This document shows, piece by piece, positions 36,638-50,650 of a DNA stretch of 64,000 nt. The stretch is from Trichoplax adhaerens (lineage: Eukaryota; Animalia; Placozoa): positions 920,975 to 984,974 of the forward strand of contig NW_002060964.1 of assembly GCF_000150275.1 (NCBI RefSeq), in the 5' to 3' direction. How positions within the stretch are numbered: position 1 is the stretch's first letter; every line of letters starts with the position of its first letter. The notes under the pieces were generated by a model. That model worked only from the letters and a program-made list of their open reading frames with translations, did no database searches and was not told where the DNA came from. A program made the position numbers and the translations under genes.

Positions 36638-39600
36638 ATGAATCGAAATACTTTAATTCTCTTGGTTTCATCAAATTCCATCATGATTTTTGTAACTGGT
36701 TTATGCTGTTTACTGCTATTAGTAGATGCATCTTCTTTAGTCAATCCTCGACACAGGGCCAATTTCGTAAGCCAAACTAGGAATAATCAAAATACATCCA
36801 ACCATCCATCCAGTTCTAATCACCAGCTAAAGAGTCTAGAATATGTTGTTCGACTAAGTTATCGTTATACTCGCAATGGTAGCAATCGGCGATCAATCCT
36901 GCAATCGATAACGATGAAGATTTCTCAACATCGATTAACGATCAGATTAGAAAGAAACAATCAATTGTTACCAACTAACTATCGCCATATTTACCAGAAT
37001 GCCCAAGGCAATTTAGTCCATCATAAGAATAGCAATACGGCAGCGGATCCACATTGCTATTATCATGGTCTAGTATATTCATGGCCTAATTTAAAGGTGA
37101 GAAACAGCGTAACTCTACGTAATAAACTATTCATGATAAGGTCTTTCCTAACTAAGTACGATAATCATATTCTACCTCTCTTGCCATCTCGATCATAACG
37201 ATATTAAAATAAATATGTTGAGTAAACCTATCGAATACCGCTATATCATACATATATTACCTACCCATTCCGCGGAAAGTTACGGTACTAAAAATATATA
37301 TATATATACAACTAATAATCCTCCAGTGTCCTATTAATTATTTTCCTATTTAACCTAAGGCAAAGTCTGAAATTGTTATGATTAGGAATAACTTGTTACC
37401 GTTTTTGTTAACATCGGCTATCGATAAACTACGAGTTAGAAAAGGTAGAAATCTCAGATCATCTAGTTATGAATCCATTTAGCGCTACTGGTGATCTGTT
37501 ATTGTATTAAATTGAATTCATATTAAAGCAGTATTCCTTGAAATGAGGAAATGTAATGGTCGTGAAGGAGAGATACCTGATGAGTAATTTCTTTATCGTA
37601 CTAAATAATAATCCTATAAGGTCACAACTTAGGCACCTACGTATGAAACTAATCACAGTAGAATACTGTACTTTGATAGAATTGTTAGCAAGCAGAATTT
37701 TATAAAGATCTTATAATAACGTTAGTAAAATTCTGGATGTAGTTATCGGGTGTAGCATTTTGTCTAGCTTAAACCGAAGGCCATTGCATAGATCTGAGAA
37801 AGAAGATTTTGTGCCATAGATTAGCTCGCAAAGTAAATTGTCATCATCAATTCTTTAATGCAAAAGCGAACTACAAAAGAAATACAATTCTCTACAAATA
37901 ATTATGTTGATTTTAATATATGAACATTAAGAAAAGAACTTTAGTTGTATCCTAATGTTACTAGTATAATAATAGACAAGAACTAGATCAATATTGCTAA
38001 AGGTATGCGTTCAGTATGTACGGTATAGCCTGTACCATCTTCGACAGTCATGATCATTTTTCTTCTTCACGTTTCATACAGGAAAATAACGATCCGCATA
38101 ATTACGCCATCTTAAGTAGCTGCCATGGATTACAAGGTATATTTTCATTTCAAGGGGAAATTTTTCGAATACAACCTTCAAATCCACAAAGCACAAGTTT
38201 AAATAGTCTACATGTCGTCTCCAAATTAAATCACTTGAACCATTACCATCGAATTACTCGCTCTATATGCAATATAGAAGAGGCAGATACATCATCTCTA
38301 GTAGGTAAAGAAATCAATTGGAAACCCGACTTATGGCGACAAAGACGTATCTTGAACGTTAATACCATGTACATAGAGCTGGTGATTGTTAATGATTATC
38401 AACAGGTTCAAAAATTCAAAGGCAATTTAACTGCTTTGGAAGAAAATATCTTTCAGGTTTACTTCTTACCGTCATTGCATTTATCAAAACAAATAGCTTC
38501 TGTTATAGCAGTAATTTTATATCCATTTTATTGCCTAAACAACATGTCCGTCTCCTTTACTAGATCGTCAATCACCTTGATAGTATCTATAAATCCGTCA
38601 ATATACGCATTGGATTAACCGGTATTGTTAGTTGGAATATTAAAAATCCAATTACTGTCACTAATGAAGCTCGTAGGACCTTGGATAACTTTGCCACTTA
38701 CAAGATCAACACCTTATCCAAATTATTTAATCTCGACAATGCACAACTGTTAACGGGATTATCATTAAATCAACATTCAGGTAACCATTCATTATAAATA
38801 GGCTGCATCATGCCGTACTTGCTCTGTCATAGTCTATATTAATCAATGTTTTTCTAGTATTTTAATATCCTCAAAGTAGAATGCTAATAGAATAAAGTAG
38901 CTTTCTTCACTACTTCGTTTACTTTGATACCATAATCTTAATTACTCTTAAATCAGTTCCGATTAAAAATAAATGTATCGTTGATAGTAGAATACAGTAC
39001 AACTATTGTAAAAGTAGCTATTTGTAGCTGTTGGTTTACTATGGCACAGTAATTCTACTTGAATCGATTGTGATTAAAATAGTTAACGTCCTTGAAAACA
39101 GAATATGCATAATGCAGTAGGCATCTTAAATCATGTAAATTTGTTCTGATAGTGCTCTTGAGTGGGAGTGATTAAAATAGTTTACCGGTATAATGATTAA
39201 GAAAGAGCTAATATATAAGGCCGCCTTGATTACTGCGGCTTAATATATGTCGAGCACTGATATCGACAGGCCCTCTGTCTACCTTTATGTCATAACGGCT
39301 ATGAACTATTTTCTTATAATGAGTTGACACCAATAAATTCTTATTTTCAATCAATTTTAGGCTTAGCTTATATTTCGACGATTTGTTCGCCTCAATCAGT
39401 TGGCGTAGTCCAGTCTTATGACGATAATTTTGACGCAACGGTGACGGTTATTGCTCATGAACTTGGCCATAACTTAGGCATGAGACATGATAATAATGAT
39501 GTATGCCATTGCCAGTTTAAACCTGATCATGCATATCGCTGCATCATGTCGAGTGCATTAACAGAACCTCCACCCCAAACATTTTCCTCCTGTAGTCTTG

Positions 39601-41478
39601 ATCAACTAAATATAACTATTCAACAAGGGAAGGTAGACTGTTTATTCAACAAACCGATACAGGTAATAACTCCGCCACGATGCGGTAATGGCCTACAAGA
39701 AAATGGGGAAGAATGTGATTGTGGCTCTTTGCAAGAATGCGCTAATTCTTGTTGTAATGCAACAACTTGTAAATTATATGATGGGGTTCAATGCCAATCT
39801 GGGCCATGCTGCAATCAATGCCATTTTAAAGCTTTTGGTGAATTATGTCGTCAATCTATCAACCAATGTGACTTGCCAGAATATTGTAATGGCCAATCTG
39901 CAGCCTGTCCAGCTGATGTTGTAAAGCAATCTACTACACCTTGTGACAACAGTTCCGGGTATTGTTATCGTGGTAGTTGCTTAACAATTAATCGCCAATG
40001 CAAGACATTATGGGGATCAACTAGCTATCCAGCTCTACCTATATGCTGGAATACATTAAATATTAGAGGTGATAATTACGGATTTTGCAAGCAAAATGGT
40101 AATGATTACAAGCCATGTAATCCAATTGATGTCTATTGCGGTGCTTTACAATGCAATTCGTCAGCTGATAATCCTGTTATAGATAGATCCCATAAAACAG
40201 CGAAAATTTATTTTCCAAAAGTAATCAGAATTTGCAATTTGATATTTGCATTTAAGTAATTGTGCAGCAGCTTTAAGATTACTTTTTTTGCAGTTTTACT
40301 TTAATAATAGAAATGCAACAAATAGGCTAATGTAAATTTTAAATTGAAGCAGCCAAACACTGATATTATCTCATTTATTTTATAGAATGGCCAAAATATA
40401 GAATGCAAAAGTGTGACGATAAATGATGCAAACAGTATAAATATGTTAAATCATGTAGCTAACGGGACCAAATGCGGACATGATAAAATCTGCATTAATC
40501 ATCAATGCCTTGATATTAATAAGTTAACGGATATAATTCAGTGTTTACCAAGCAATTGCTCTGGACATGGGGTAAGTTTAACTAGCAATCTTTCATGCGT
40601 TGATATTATTATTAATGAAATGTTGAGATCTTAATTATGATTTCTTGATTTAGGTCTGTAATAGCAAAGGTCACTGCCATTGTGATGCAGGCTATCGGCC
40701 ACCGAATTGTCTTCAACCTGGTCACGGAGGAAGTATTGATAGCCATGGTCACGCAGTAATTCTTAATATCACAGCAAATATTTCAGTTAATGTTACTAGT
40801 GGTTTATGGGAAAGCACCATAAAAACAACTAAAACTTCTGGATCGCGATCTTTTGATACTTCAACAACATTGAGTGAATTATCCTCAGAACTAGAAATTT
40901 CTGCTTCGTTTACAAAAGGAGCTCCATCAAGTAATAATGAAGTATTGATGCTACTTGTAACGACAACAGCGGCAAAACTATTTCAGCCTGGTAATAGTGA
41001 TCTTTCATATATTGACACTAGTAAAACTAATTCAGCCTTACTTGGCCAAGATAACTCAGTTATGACAAGGCTATATTCTAGTAATCTCGTATTAAATTCC
41101 ACTACGGAAAAGATTGCAGCAACAACAACCGATCCATTTCTAACGTTAGGTAATAACCAATCAGTGACGAATTCAGCATCAAATACTCCTTTAACTAACG
41201 ATAAAACGACCTTAATAACCATCCTACTAACAGCATCTGCCGCTGCTGCTATTATTGTAATATCTATAATTGGTTATTTGAAGAGGCGTCGATGGTGCAA
41301 GAAAGCTATTACAGAAGATGAAGTTAGGAAATCTGAAATAGAGGATGATAGAAAGACCGACAAAGCAAGCAGCCTCAGGATCACAAACGGATCGGGAATA
41401 CCTACAAAGCTGATTATCCAAATCAATCCGATCGCTACAGCCAGTTCAAAACAGGAATCAGCAGTTAGCGACACGTAG
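36638..41478 (+). CDS. ADAM metalloprotease (meltrin/ADAM12-19-33-like architecture), catalytically intact, type I membrane protein
   Basis: Exons 36638-37096 (signal peptide, ...HCYYHG), 38082-38456 (LSSCHGLQG, furin site RQRR, YIELVIVND), 38564-38780, 39361-40220 (HELGHNLGMRHD, CIMS, disintegrin CGNG...CRQSINQCDLPEYC, Cys-rich), 40386-40571, 40654-41478 (EGF VCNSKGHCHCDAGYRPPNC, GGSIDS, S/T-rich stalk, TM LITILLTASAAAAIIVISIIGYL, KRRR stop-transfer, cytoplasmic tail). Confidence 0.93.
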
Positions 41479-42058
41479 GGTAATAACTAAAAAGGCTCGT
41501 TACGATTGTCTATGCGTGGCTGGGCTCGCGAGAATTGTCTTAAAAGCAGACTCTAGTGGTTTAATAAACTTTAGCTAATCCGGTATATTTAAATTAGTAA
41601 TCCTTATCTTGAATCTGCTAAATATACCAACACAATGTGTAAAATCGTTTTTTTATCAATGTAAAAATGTGTTAAAGGATCTTAAGCACTACACAAATAT
41701 TAAACTATTTATGAATCGTTATCCAACAAATGATTTTAAAATTTATTTATAGACTGATTTCAGAGACTGAAGAAGATCATTATCAGTCAACGTGTACATT
41801 TTTATATCTAATAGATTATTAATATTTAATCACCTACTACAGCAGGCGATTCTTTCCAATATCAATCAAAGAAAGTACTGTATACATTACAAAATGTTTC
41901 TTATCAGCTACATGTAAAATTTAAGATTATGACTTATTACTGATAATAAATCAATTTTGGAGATCATTTCTATCGTTTCAACGAATACCACTGGCAGTCA
42001 GAATATTCTGGTAAACTGGTTCGCACTTTTATATACAATAAAAGTAAGCAAAGCAACG

Positions 42059-45000
42059 CTACTGGCTGCCTTCATCCAAGGTAACGCTAATATTACCTTG
42101 AGACTCTCCATGATCAGTATCTTGAGATGCTTTAAAGGACCAAATCTGGCAGTAAATACATAGCGGTTTATCAATCGTGTTACCATAATGTAGTGCATAT
42201 ATAATCAATTAAATGTAAACAAATTAATTTTCTGCAGAATGAAAAATGTAATCGTGGCTATAAAACATAAGTTCTACCATTAACGTTTTCATCTGCATTA
42301 CCGTTTTCTCATCTGCGGTCATTTGACGCCATTTTTTCGTTGCCAGACTGATAATTTCTCGATGTGCCGCAGTAGGATTTTCTTTTTCTAAATGCGATCG
42401 GATTGAATCGAACCAAAGTGTGAACGATGAGACCCTAAAAAGAAATTGTTTATTCAGATTATGTTGTAGGATAATGTAATCGTCACTTTTTTTTCCGACT
42501 GACTTGGTCTTTTTTTCCTTCACTTCCGGTTTTTCTTCGGCTTTTCGAGTCTCTTTAAGGGTGTCAAATAACTTCGCTTGGCGCTATAAAGTATGCGTGA
42601 TGCAAAAGTTAAACAGTTACTTAGTTATTCTCACTTAGTCGTAAATAGTGATGGCAGTGTCAAATCATACCTGAACTTTAACTTTTTTCATATTTTCTCG
42701 CTTTTGTTCTAAAACGTTAATAACTAATGTTAATGGCACGAACGTGAACAGATTTCATGATAATAATTGTAACTGAGTACCTGCAGGATTTCCAGGATAA
42801 CCTCTTCGTTTAGGAGTAATGTCACTATTCGTAAGATTATCGAAATAGCTCATACCCCTTAATCGTGACGTCTTACTGGGGCTCTCAGATACCTGTCAAT
42901 CAAATTTGTAAATTAAAATCTTCTTTCTAAAACTTAAGTATCTATATCGAGTGTCGAATTGCTCATACTTTGAAAGGATTAGAGGCTTCAACAACAGGCA
43001 TGAGACGATCTGCTATGTTAAATATAATAAATCTACTTAAATCTAGGTGTATATGTAGTACTATACATGACCCAACTATAACTTCTAAAGCTGTACTTAC
43101 CCTTGCCGTCAAGTGAATCAGCATTACTTAAAAATGAACTATTCTTTACTTGTTCATCTTCGAACCTATAGTATATGTTTACAAATTGCGAATAACATTA
43201 TAAAAAAGTAATGTCCGAAATATTACGAAAATGGACTAAAAAAATTTTGGATATGATAACTAACTCATTTTCAGTGGTTCTGGAATTCTTCTTGTGCGAT
43301 ACGATGCCACTCCCGTTATCTGTTTGTAATTCTTCATTTCGTTTTGTTAGAGGACTAGCATATTCCCTTGAAAGAGCAGATAAATCGCTAAAAAACTTTC
43401 GCCGCGGAGGTTCCAGGAAATTACCGCCTCCCTCCTCCTCTTCCTCTTCATCTTCTTCAATTTCTAGATTATCACCTAATTCCATTCTTCGCTGATAAAT
43501 ATCTTCCAATTTTTGAGATAACGCCATTCGCCTATTACGCGCAGCATATTTAATAGCTAAGCTAATCTGTAAAAGAAATAATAGTTGCTATTTCCCAATA
43601 TACATTTGAATTCCAATAAAAGTACATATACATACGGTATGTTCATCAGATAATAGTTCACATAATTCCGCTGCACGAAATTCACGATCAGACTTACATG
43701 CCAACTGAAATCAATATTGATATGAGTATATTATTGACATGGATATTTTAAGAGAAACTGTTGTATTCTCATATCAATAAGTAAAAACAATAAAATGCTA
43801 CTATGTAATTCATAGTATTCACCGCAAATAGTTTCATAATAGTAGCATTTTGTTCCTTCACGTTGTTTCCATCATGCAGCTTCATAAATTTAGCATTGTT
43901 ATTCCAAAGATATCTTTCCTATTAACATGCATTGTCCAGTTACGTTTCATCAAGTTTAATTATATTTAGAACTATTAAGTAAGCCCAACCTCAAGGGAGC
44001 TTTTGTCGGTATTTATCTCGCATAAGGGAATTTGAAGTGGTAATACGGTCGCCACGGGACGTGGTACAGTAGAAGGATAAGCGGACGCTTTACATAAAAT
44101 ACAGCGCAGCTGGCGTGAGTTGCCATTTAGCCCAATTGCCCAATAAGTATCTGATTTGTTTTTCGACTGATAAAAGCATTTCATGTATTAATTTTAAGAC
44201 GACATATATAGTTAATATCAAAAAAGTAGCAATGAGAGGATTGCTGAGTCATTATGCTAGCATACCAGCTGTCTGGCATTTAGCACAGGAATCCAACTAT
44301 AACCATACGATTTTTGTAATACTCTCACTATTCCAGCAGTATCGTAAGTGACGGGTACGCCTTCATCACTGAAACTATACGTTCACGTAAAGATTAGAAT
44401 TAAACAATGATAAATAATAGCCGCCAGCTTTTCATTGCAATACACAATACAATTACTATTACCCTAGCCATGATAGCTTTGATCCAGGTGTGATAGGTAA
44501 AGCAGGTTCTAAATATTTATAAATGGAACGACCTTTCTTAGCATCAATGATCTTAACATTAAATCGCTGATTATTGTCGAAAGGTACTCCAGCATGATAT
44601 ACCACCATAATGATATCATCATGTCCTGACATGGCTACAACAGGGCCTGCCAAAGTAAATATTCCTAATTGTATTCCTGATATCGAATATATTCTAACGT
44701 TAAAATTGTCAGTGGCTGCAGCTACCCAGGTTTTACCAGCAGCAATGGCCTACAACATAATTAGGTTAAATACACGTAAGTACACCGATAGTAAGAAACT
44801 AAAAGTAATGCATCAAGATACCTTAATAATCTCTTTTTCTGGCATGGTAGTTGACCATTCTTTGGAGTTATCCCAGGTAGAGAAATGTAAACAAACTAAA
44901 GTACTAGTAGTAAGGATTGCAAATTAAAAGATAAAATTAGTACTTCTAGTATAACTACTCGATCATTACCTATCGAAATAAACCATTGTAATTATATTGT

Positions 45001-48000
45001 ATTGTAGTGATCTAGCTTGAATAGTGGCAAAGTAAATGAAATGATGGTACTAATGCTAACTGTATTACCTAGCCATACTATCATTTCCTTCAGAAGCAAG
45101 AAGAAGAGCTTGCGATGATAAAGCTGCCAAGCTATGATTTAGATGATTAGCAATATGTAATGCATGATGCGTAGTGACATCATGAAATTCTACATCAATT
45201 GACGATAGATCATCTTCTGTGTGATGATGCACAACACCAACAGAGTTCCACATCTAAGTGAAAGCGAACATAATTAGATTATATCGTCACTTCATGCACG
45301 TTATGAATTTTAGTATCCAACCATAATTCGATGATTCAGGTATTTTGGTGTTGAACCAGGCTGAAATTCCCGTTGTAGTGTGATGGCAACGGGTTTAGGC
45401 TGCCTCCGTACGGTCTATGGCCCGTGTCGTAATAACATACATTAAAATGGATCATAAAGCCGGAGCGTTAGTACATAAATATAAAATGCCATTTTAAAGT
45501 TATATTTGACAACTTTATTCCTAACCACTTTGTCATCTTCAACAATAAATCTATCAAGGTTGTTGTCTATTCCGGACGATAGACCTAAAAAGTCAGAGCT
45601 AATTATTTCATATTGCCAGCCTTGTCTTTAATGAAATAACTGCAACCTCAAAAAAAAGATTGTGTGTTACTTTTCTCATACTTATATTGTCATCTTCTTC
45701 CTCTGCGCTGTCGATAACAAAATTGCTACGTTTACACCTCTTTTGCTGGTCCAATACCATTTCATCGTCCAATGAATCGATATCCTTTAGATCAATTCCA
45801 TTGTTTACATCATCATCTGCATCCTTTTTCAAAGTCTGATGTATTTTCTGAAGACAGCAGACAGGTAGAATTTAATGAAATATATTTTTAACTGAAAATT
45901 ATCCTACAATGTAATATACCCTTTTTTCACTAGATTTCTTTAATAAATCTTCTGGAATAATATTGCTACAGATGCCTAATTGACCCTATCAAGATAAAGA
46001 CGGATAATTCTTTAATCAAAAGTATACACTGATTTAAAGGTATATGAAACTTCTTCCTTACCTCGATATCAGTATAGGCAATTTCGTTAGCAGACGGGTG
46101 CCAAGACAGACCAGTAATTTTTAGGTTTTTATCGTGCGTTACCCTATCGGTACAGTGTTTTGGAACGAGTACAGAAATAGAATTTAGCGCAAACTTTATA
46201 CGGGAGAAAAGAACGATAGTTAAAAATAGAAGTATTTTAATAACATACTTATCAATTACTTCTTCCCTGGATACATTCCAAATAATTATGACTCCATCAT
46301 CTCCAGCGGAAGCCAAATATTTACCATTGGGAGACCATACCAAAGTACTTATGATCTATACAAATTGAGGTTAAATTTAATATATTGCACATATCTTCCT
46401 AACGGTAACTATCTCTATTACATACGTTTTCATGACCATTTTCACTCAAATTTCCAATTTTTTTCCAGGAAGAACGCTTATATAGCTGTATATTCAATGT
46501 ACAAATATCGCTTAAATTACGCTATGACTGGTAGCAACAACATATCAGTTTATCAATACTAACCTCAATAGCACAGTCTATGGGTATTGCTAATAATTCT
46601 CCACTCTTAGGTTGCCAGGCTAAACGACAAAACGATTTAGTGGCCGAAATATCATTGCATTTAGGCAAAATGGATAGCGAATGACTGCAATCCTGTATTT
46701 GTTAAGGCAATAGTAAGATTGTGTTAATTTGTCCATCAATTGCTTCCCAAGTGTCGGATGCATTATTGTACTATTTATGATTTTATTATCCTAATAATGC
46801 AAACATTGTCGAAATTGCATCTTACATAAGTTTTCATATCCCAAATTTTCACTGTTCCGTCGCAACTTGACGATACCTAGGTGATGTATTGAAATTGAAT
46901 CAAGTCACTAACAGAAACACAGTTTTGAGAATTTACGCTGCATGTACGGTAATCATTTTACCAAATAACTGTCAGTTGGATCGAATGCTACGGTGAGTAT
47001 AGGAGCTTCGTGACCAGTTAAAGTATGATTGTTATAGTTATTAACAGAGACAACTTTAATTTCGAAATCCCTTAATAAATAATTATAAGATATATATCAG
47101 ACATTTTATCAGCAACAGTTAAGTCAAGTTAAAAATATATATATATATTGAACGCCACTACATGACGGAACAACTATGACATGACTACTTTATTCAATGT
47201 ATTTTAAATCTGGAAATCCATTCATTTCGTCTATAATATTCTTTATCCCATGCATATGTTAACAAATGCTATCCAATTTATAAGTCACTATTAACATCAG
47301 CTTACTCAGCTCCGGCAGCAACTTTATCTCCATGTTGATTAAAAGTGACATGAGAAACTTGTGCTGTAAATCGTGTTACGATTCCATCAGGGGTACCCTA
47401 AGGAAACATAATACCATTGTCAATGACGAAGCATTGCTTGAAGCCTATGAGCGACAGCAAGAGCACAATCCATACGCACAAAGACGATTGTAGGCGCACA
47501 GCAGTACACTTTATCAAGAAAAGTGTTTGCGACAATTTACCGTTGGAAAAGAATACATCCACACAGAATTACTTTCACCAACAGCGACAAGGAAATTATT
47601 CTGAAATGATTTGATATCAGGATGAGAAAAGATTGATCTTGAGCATATCCGTCTGAGTATTAGAAATACTACTGCAGCTGTCTTACGAAGTCGTTTAAAT
47701 TACTTTCTACACGTGATAACTATTAGTCAAACATATATATTAGACGCTGTAGGCAATGCCGTTTGAACTAAGAGCAATTCAATTACAAATGGCATCATGA
47801 ATGATTTGCTTCTGTTATCAAAGTCTCTAACTTCCATTTACACCGTTGTATTTGAGATAGAAACATTGCTAACGATGCATACGATCGAGTACAAAATATA
47901 GTCACTGAATTATTTCATAATTAAAAAATTCATAGTGAGTAATTGCCATTTATAATACCTTAACAGCAATACTGTTTACTGGATGCTTGACTCCAACTGA

Positions 48001-48396
48001 AACTGGATCATCATCGTCGTGACCATGGTAAATTCTAACATCGCCATCACTACCTGCTGTTGCTAAATGCCTATAGCAAGAAATACAGTCCATCAAGCCG
48101 TATGTTTCATTTTAATTATTGAATGCTAAAGACTACTTTTTGCTCTATCCATTCGTCTCCTGACCAAACAAAATCACTTAGACATTCTTTAATTTTTATT
48201 AACACTATTGCATAGGTGATCGTTTCTTATTTTACTCCGAGTGCTACATCAGTGTAGGAGACCATACGTACACGTTACGTTGAAAGCTACTCTATCAACG
48301 AAGCATTAGGCTGACTTACTCTCCATTAGAACTATAGCAAACATCGGTATGGCCTTCGCTGTGAGCAAATCTCATACATTCCTTGACTATAACCAT
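42059..48396 (-). CDS. WDHD1: WD repeat and HMG-box DNA-binding protein 1 (AND-1/Ctf4), multi-exon
   Basis: The N-terminus MVIVKECMRFAHSEGHTDVCYS, then ATAGSDGDVRIY and GTPDGIVTRFTAQVSHVTF, matches the WDHD1 WD40 start. The SepB region has EFQPGSTP, MWNSVGVV...SIDVEFHD and GPVVAMSG...LSWLG. The C-terminal HMG box is SFTLWFDSIRSHLEKENPTAAHREIISLATKKWRQMTADEKT; the last exon ends DEGSQ* at 42059. Roughly 20 small exons; not every junction was checked. Confidence 0.93.
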
Positions 48397-48962
48397 TTCT
48401 ATTGAAAAATTGAACAAGAAGGATAAAAATCTCTTTTAGTGATGAGTATCCATATCCATACGAGCTTTTTGCACAAGAAGATCACTCACGAACATGCATG
48501 AATGATATCCTATCTTTGATGGACAATGTCCGTTACGACATGATAGCAAAGCAACCTCAAAGCCTAAAATATGCAATTCTACTATCAAGCCTATCTATCT
48601 AGCACCTATTATTATTCCATACCTTAGCTCTCTCTGAATATGAACAACAGTAATGAATGATTCCTTGGTTGAGAAAAGTTGAGATCAACTTGATGGATTC
48701 TGATGTCTGTAGGGCAAGAGTCAATGCTGTCAGGGATTTCTTGCTTTGACGCTCTCTCTCTCCAATCAATTGGTGAATGTCCTCCAACAACAGTAATGGT
48801 GGTTTTAATGACTGCAATGGATTTTAAACCAGTATTTCATGCAATAGTAGAAGGGATAGCTGCAATATTCAACTATTTGTAGCCAAGAAATGACTTGATT
48901 GGATCGCTAAAGAGAGCTGCTCCAGCGACAGCATTCATTCTTTATTATTTTGATGGATTGGA

Positions 48963-48973
48963 TTTCGCGCCAA
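48963..48973 (+). promoter_or_regulatory. Canonical E2F site (TTTCGCGCCAA) upstream of WDHD1
   Basis: Exact TTTSSCGC consensus ~570 bp upstream of the WDHD1 ATG, with ATTGG (CCAAT-box) motifs at ~48898 and ~48957. Confidence 0.5.
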
Positions 48974-48979
48974 GTTGAA

Positions 48980-50530
48980 TGTACCGTGTACAGTACACGT
49001 AGTACAGTACTGTACAATATATACTGTACAAGTGTACTGTACTGTAGATGTCCATTGTCCAGGACGGTAGACTGTCAAGGGCCGATTCTGTGCAGCTCAG
49101 TACTGTACTGTACTGTACTATACGTCTGATAGACTCCACTGGTGTCGTTTCGGTAGCATTGCTATTTTCACAACTAACTTCGTTCTCAGTGAAAATACAC
49201 TTCGCATCATTTTGGACTTGCCTTAATTGCTTACTGTAATTACTGTACTGTAAGTCACGGTAGTGACAGTGTTGGCAAGGGTAATGCTCTGTGACTTTTT
49301 CTATATTCCATACAACATTACTATCCATTGACAGTATGAGTCTGAATTGGATATTGAGATAGACATGATGCATTAAGATGAAAGCCAGAGTACAGTTACG
49401 CAAAGCATGCTGAAATACTATACTGTATACTTTAATTTGCCTGTGCATCTCATAGTGCTGTAGTTCGTGTCGAGTTGAAGCGTCAACCACTTTGTAAAGC
49501 GAGACTACGGTACAGTGTACAGTGTACAGTACGTAGAACAAACTACTGTACTGTACACTAGAAAAGGTGTACAGTACAGTACTGTAGTGTTTGATTTGCC
49601 TGTTCATCTCATAGTGGATCTCATAGTATACAGTGTACAGTGTACAGTACCGTACTGCGTTCCACCGTACTGTACTGTACAGTGTACAGTACATTACAGT
49701 ACTGTACAGTACACTAGAAATGGTATACACAGTACTGTACTGTAGTGTTTGATTTGCCTTTCCATCTCATAGTGGATCTCATAGTGTACAGTACAGTACA
49801 GTGTTCCACCGTACTGTACACTGTACAGTACGTGTACTGTACATTCAAGTACTGTAAGTGTACAAGCAACGACACTACAGTATAAATGGTGTACTGTTGA
49901 TTTGCCTGTCCATCTCATTGTGCTGTAGTTCGTGTCGAGTTGCAGCCTCGACCATTTTGTAAAGCAAGACTACAGTACAGTATAGTACAGTACAGTACAG
50001 TGTACAGTACCGCGTTCCACCGTACTGTACTGTACTGTACAGTGTACAGTACAGTAGAACAAACGACACTAGAAATGGTGTACAGTACTGTATACTGTAG
50101 TACTGTAGTGTTTGATTTGCCTGTCCATCTCATAGTGCTGTAGTTCGTTTCGAGTTGAAGCCTCAACACTCTTGTAAAGCAAGATTTGCCTGTTCATCTC
50201 ATAGTGCTGTAGTTCGTGTCGTGAAGCCTCAACTACCTTGTAAAGCAAGACTACAGTACAGTGTACAGTGTACAGTACCGCGTTCCACCGTACTGTACTG
50301 TACTGTACTGTACAGTACAACCAGCGACCCTACAAATGGTGTCGTTGGTTCAAGTATTTTCCCGCCAACATGCGCTGGAAATGTGATCGTAGTGTACAGT
50401 GTACAGTACGATCACTGCTACCAGCATACTGTAGCAGTCTGATGCTATGGGTACAGGAGGTACAGTAGACTACAGTACAACTCAGGATGACTACAGTCCA
50501 GTGGTGCACTGTAGCGTGCAGACTGTACCT
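48980..50530. repeat. Modular satellite-like array built on TACAG/CTGTA pentamers plus three recurring modules
   Basis: Dense tacag/ctgta/gtac runs. Module atttgcct..catctcat.gtg at ~49435, 49594, 49751, 49899, 50114, 50183; module gttccaccgtactgtac at ~49659, 49803, 50014, 50282; module cactagaaa.ggt.taca at ~49556, 49712, 50067. Confidence 0.9.
50358..50368 (+). promoter_or_regulatory. Canonical E2F site (TTTCCCGCCAA) upstream of RAD51AP1
   Basis: Exact TTTSSCGC consensus ~290 bp upstream of the RAD51AP1 ATG. Confidence 0.55.
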
Positions 50531-50650
50531 CCTGCAGGAACAATGACAAGGGAATCCACTATTGCTGGAGGAGAGAAATGATCCAATCTTTTGTCCGCCT
50601 TGGCTCTAATTTCTGAATGAAAACGACTTGCATCGGATGCAGTTTCCACC

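Noticed and set aside
48599-48817. 72-aa ORF upstream of WDHD1
   Set aside because: It has a non-ATG start and no recognisable motif; the WDHD1 start at 48396 already matches the family N-terminus.
49435-50260. Repeat-spacer pattern resembling CRISPR
   Set aside because: The context is eukaryotic, no cas genes are present, and the spacers are themselves repetitive with irregular lengths.
48945-50468. Many overlapping ORFs rich in Y/C/T/V/S
   Set aside because: They are translations of the TACAG/CTGTA satellite with no protein-like features.
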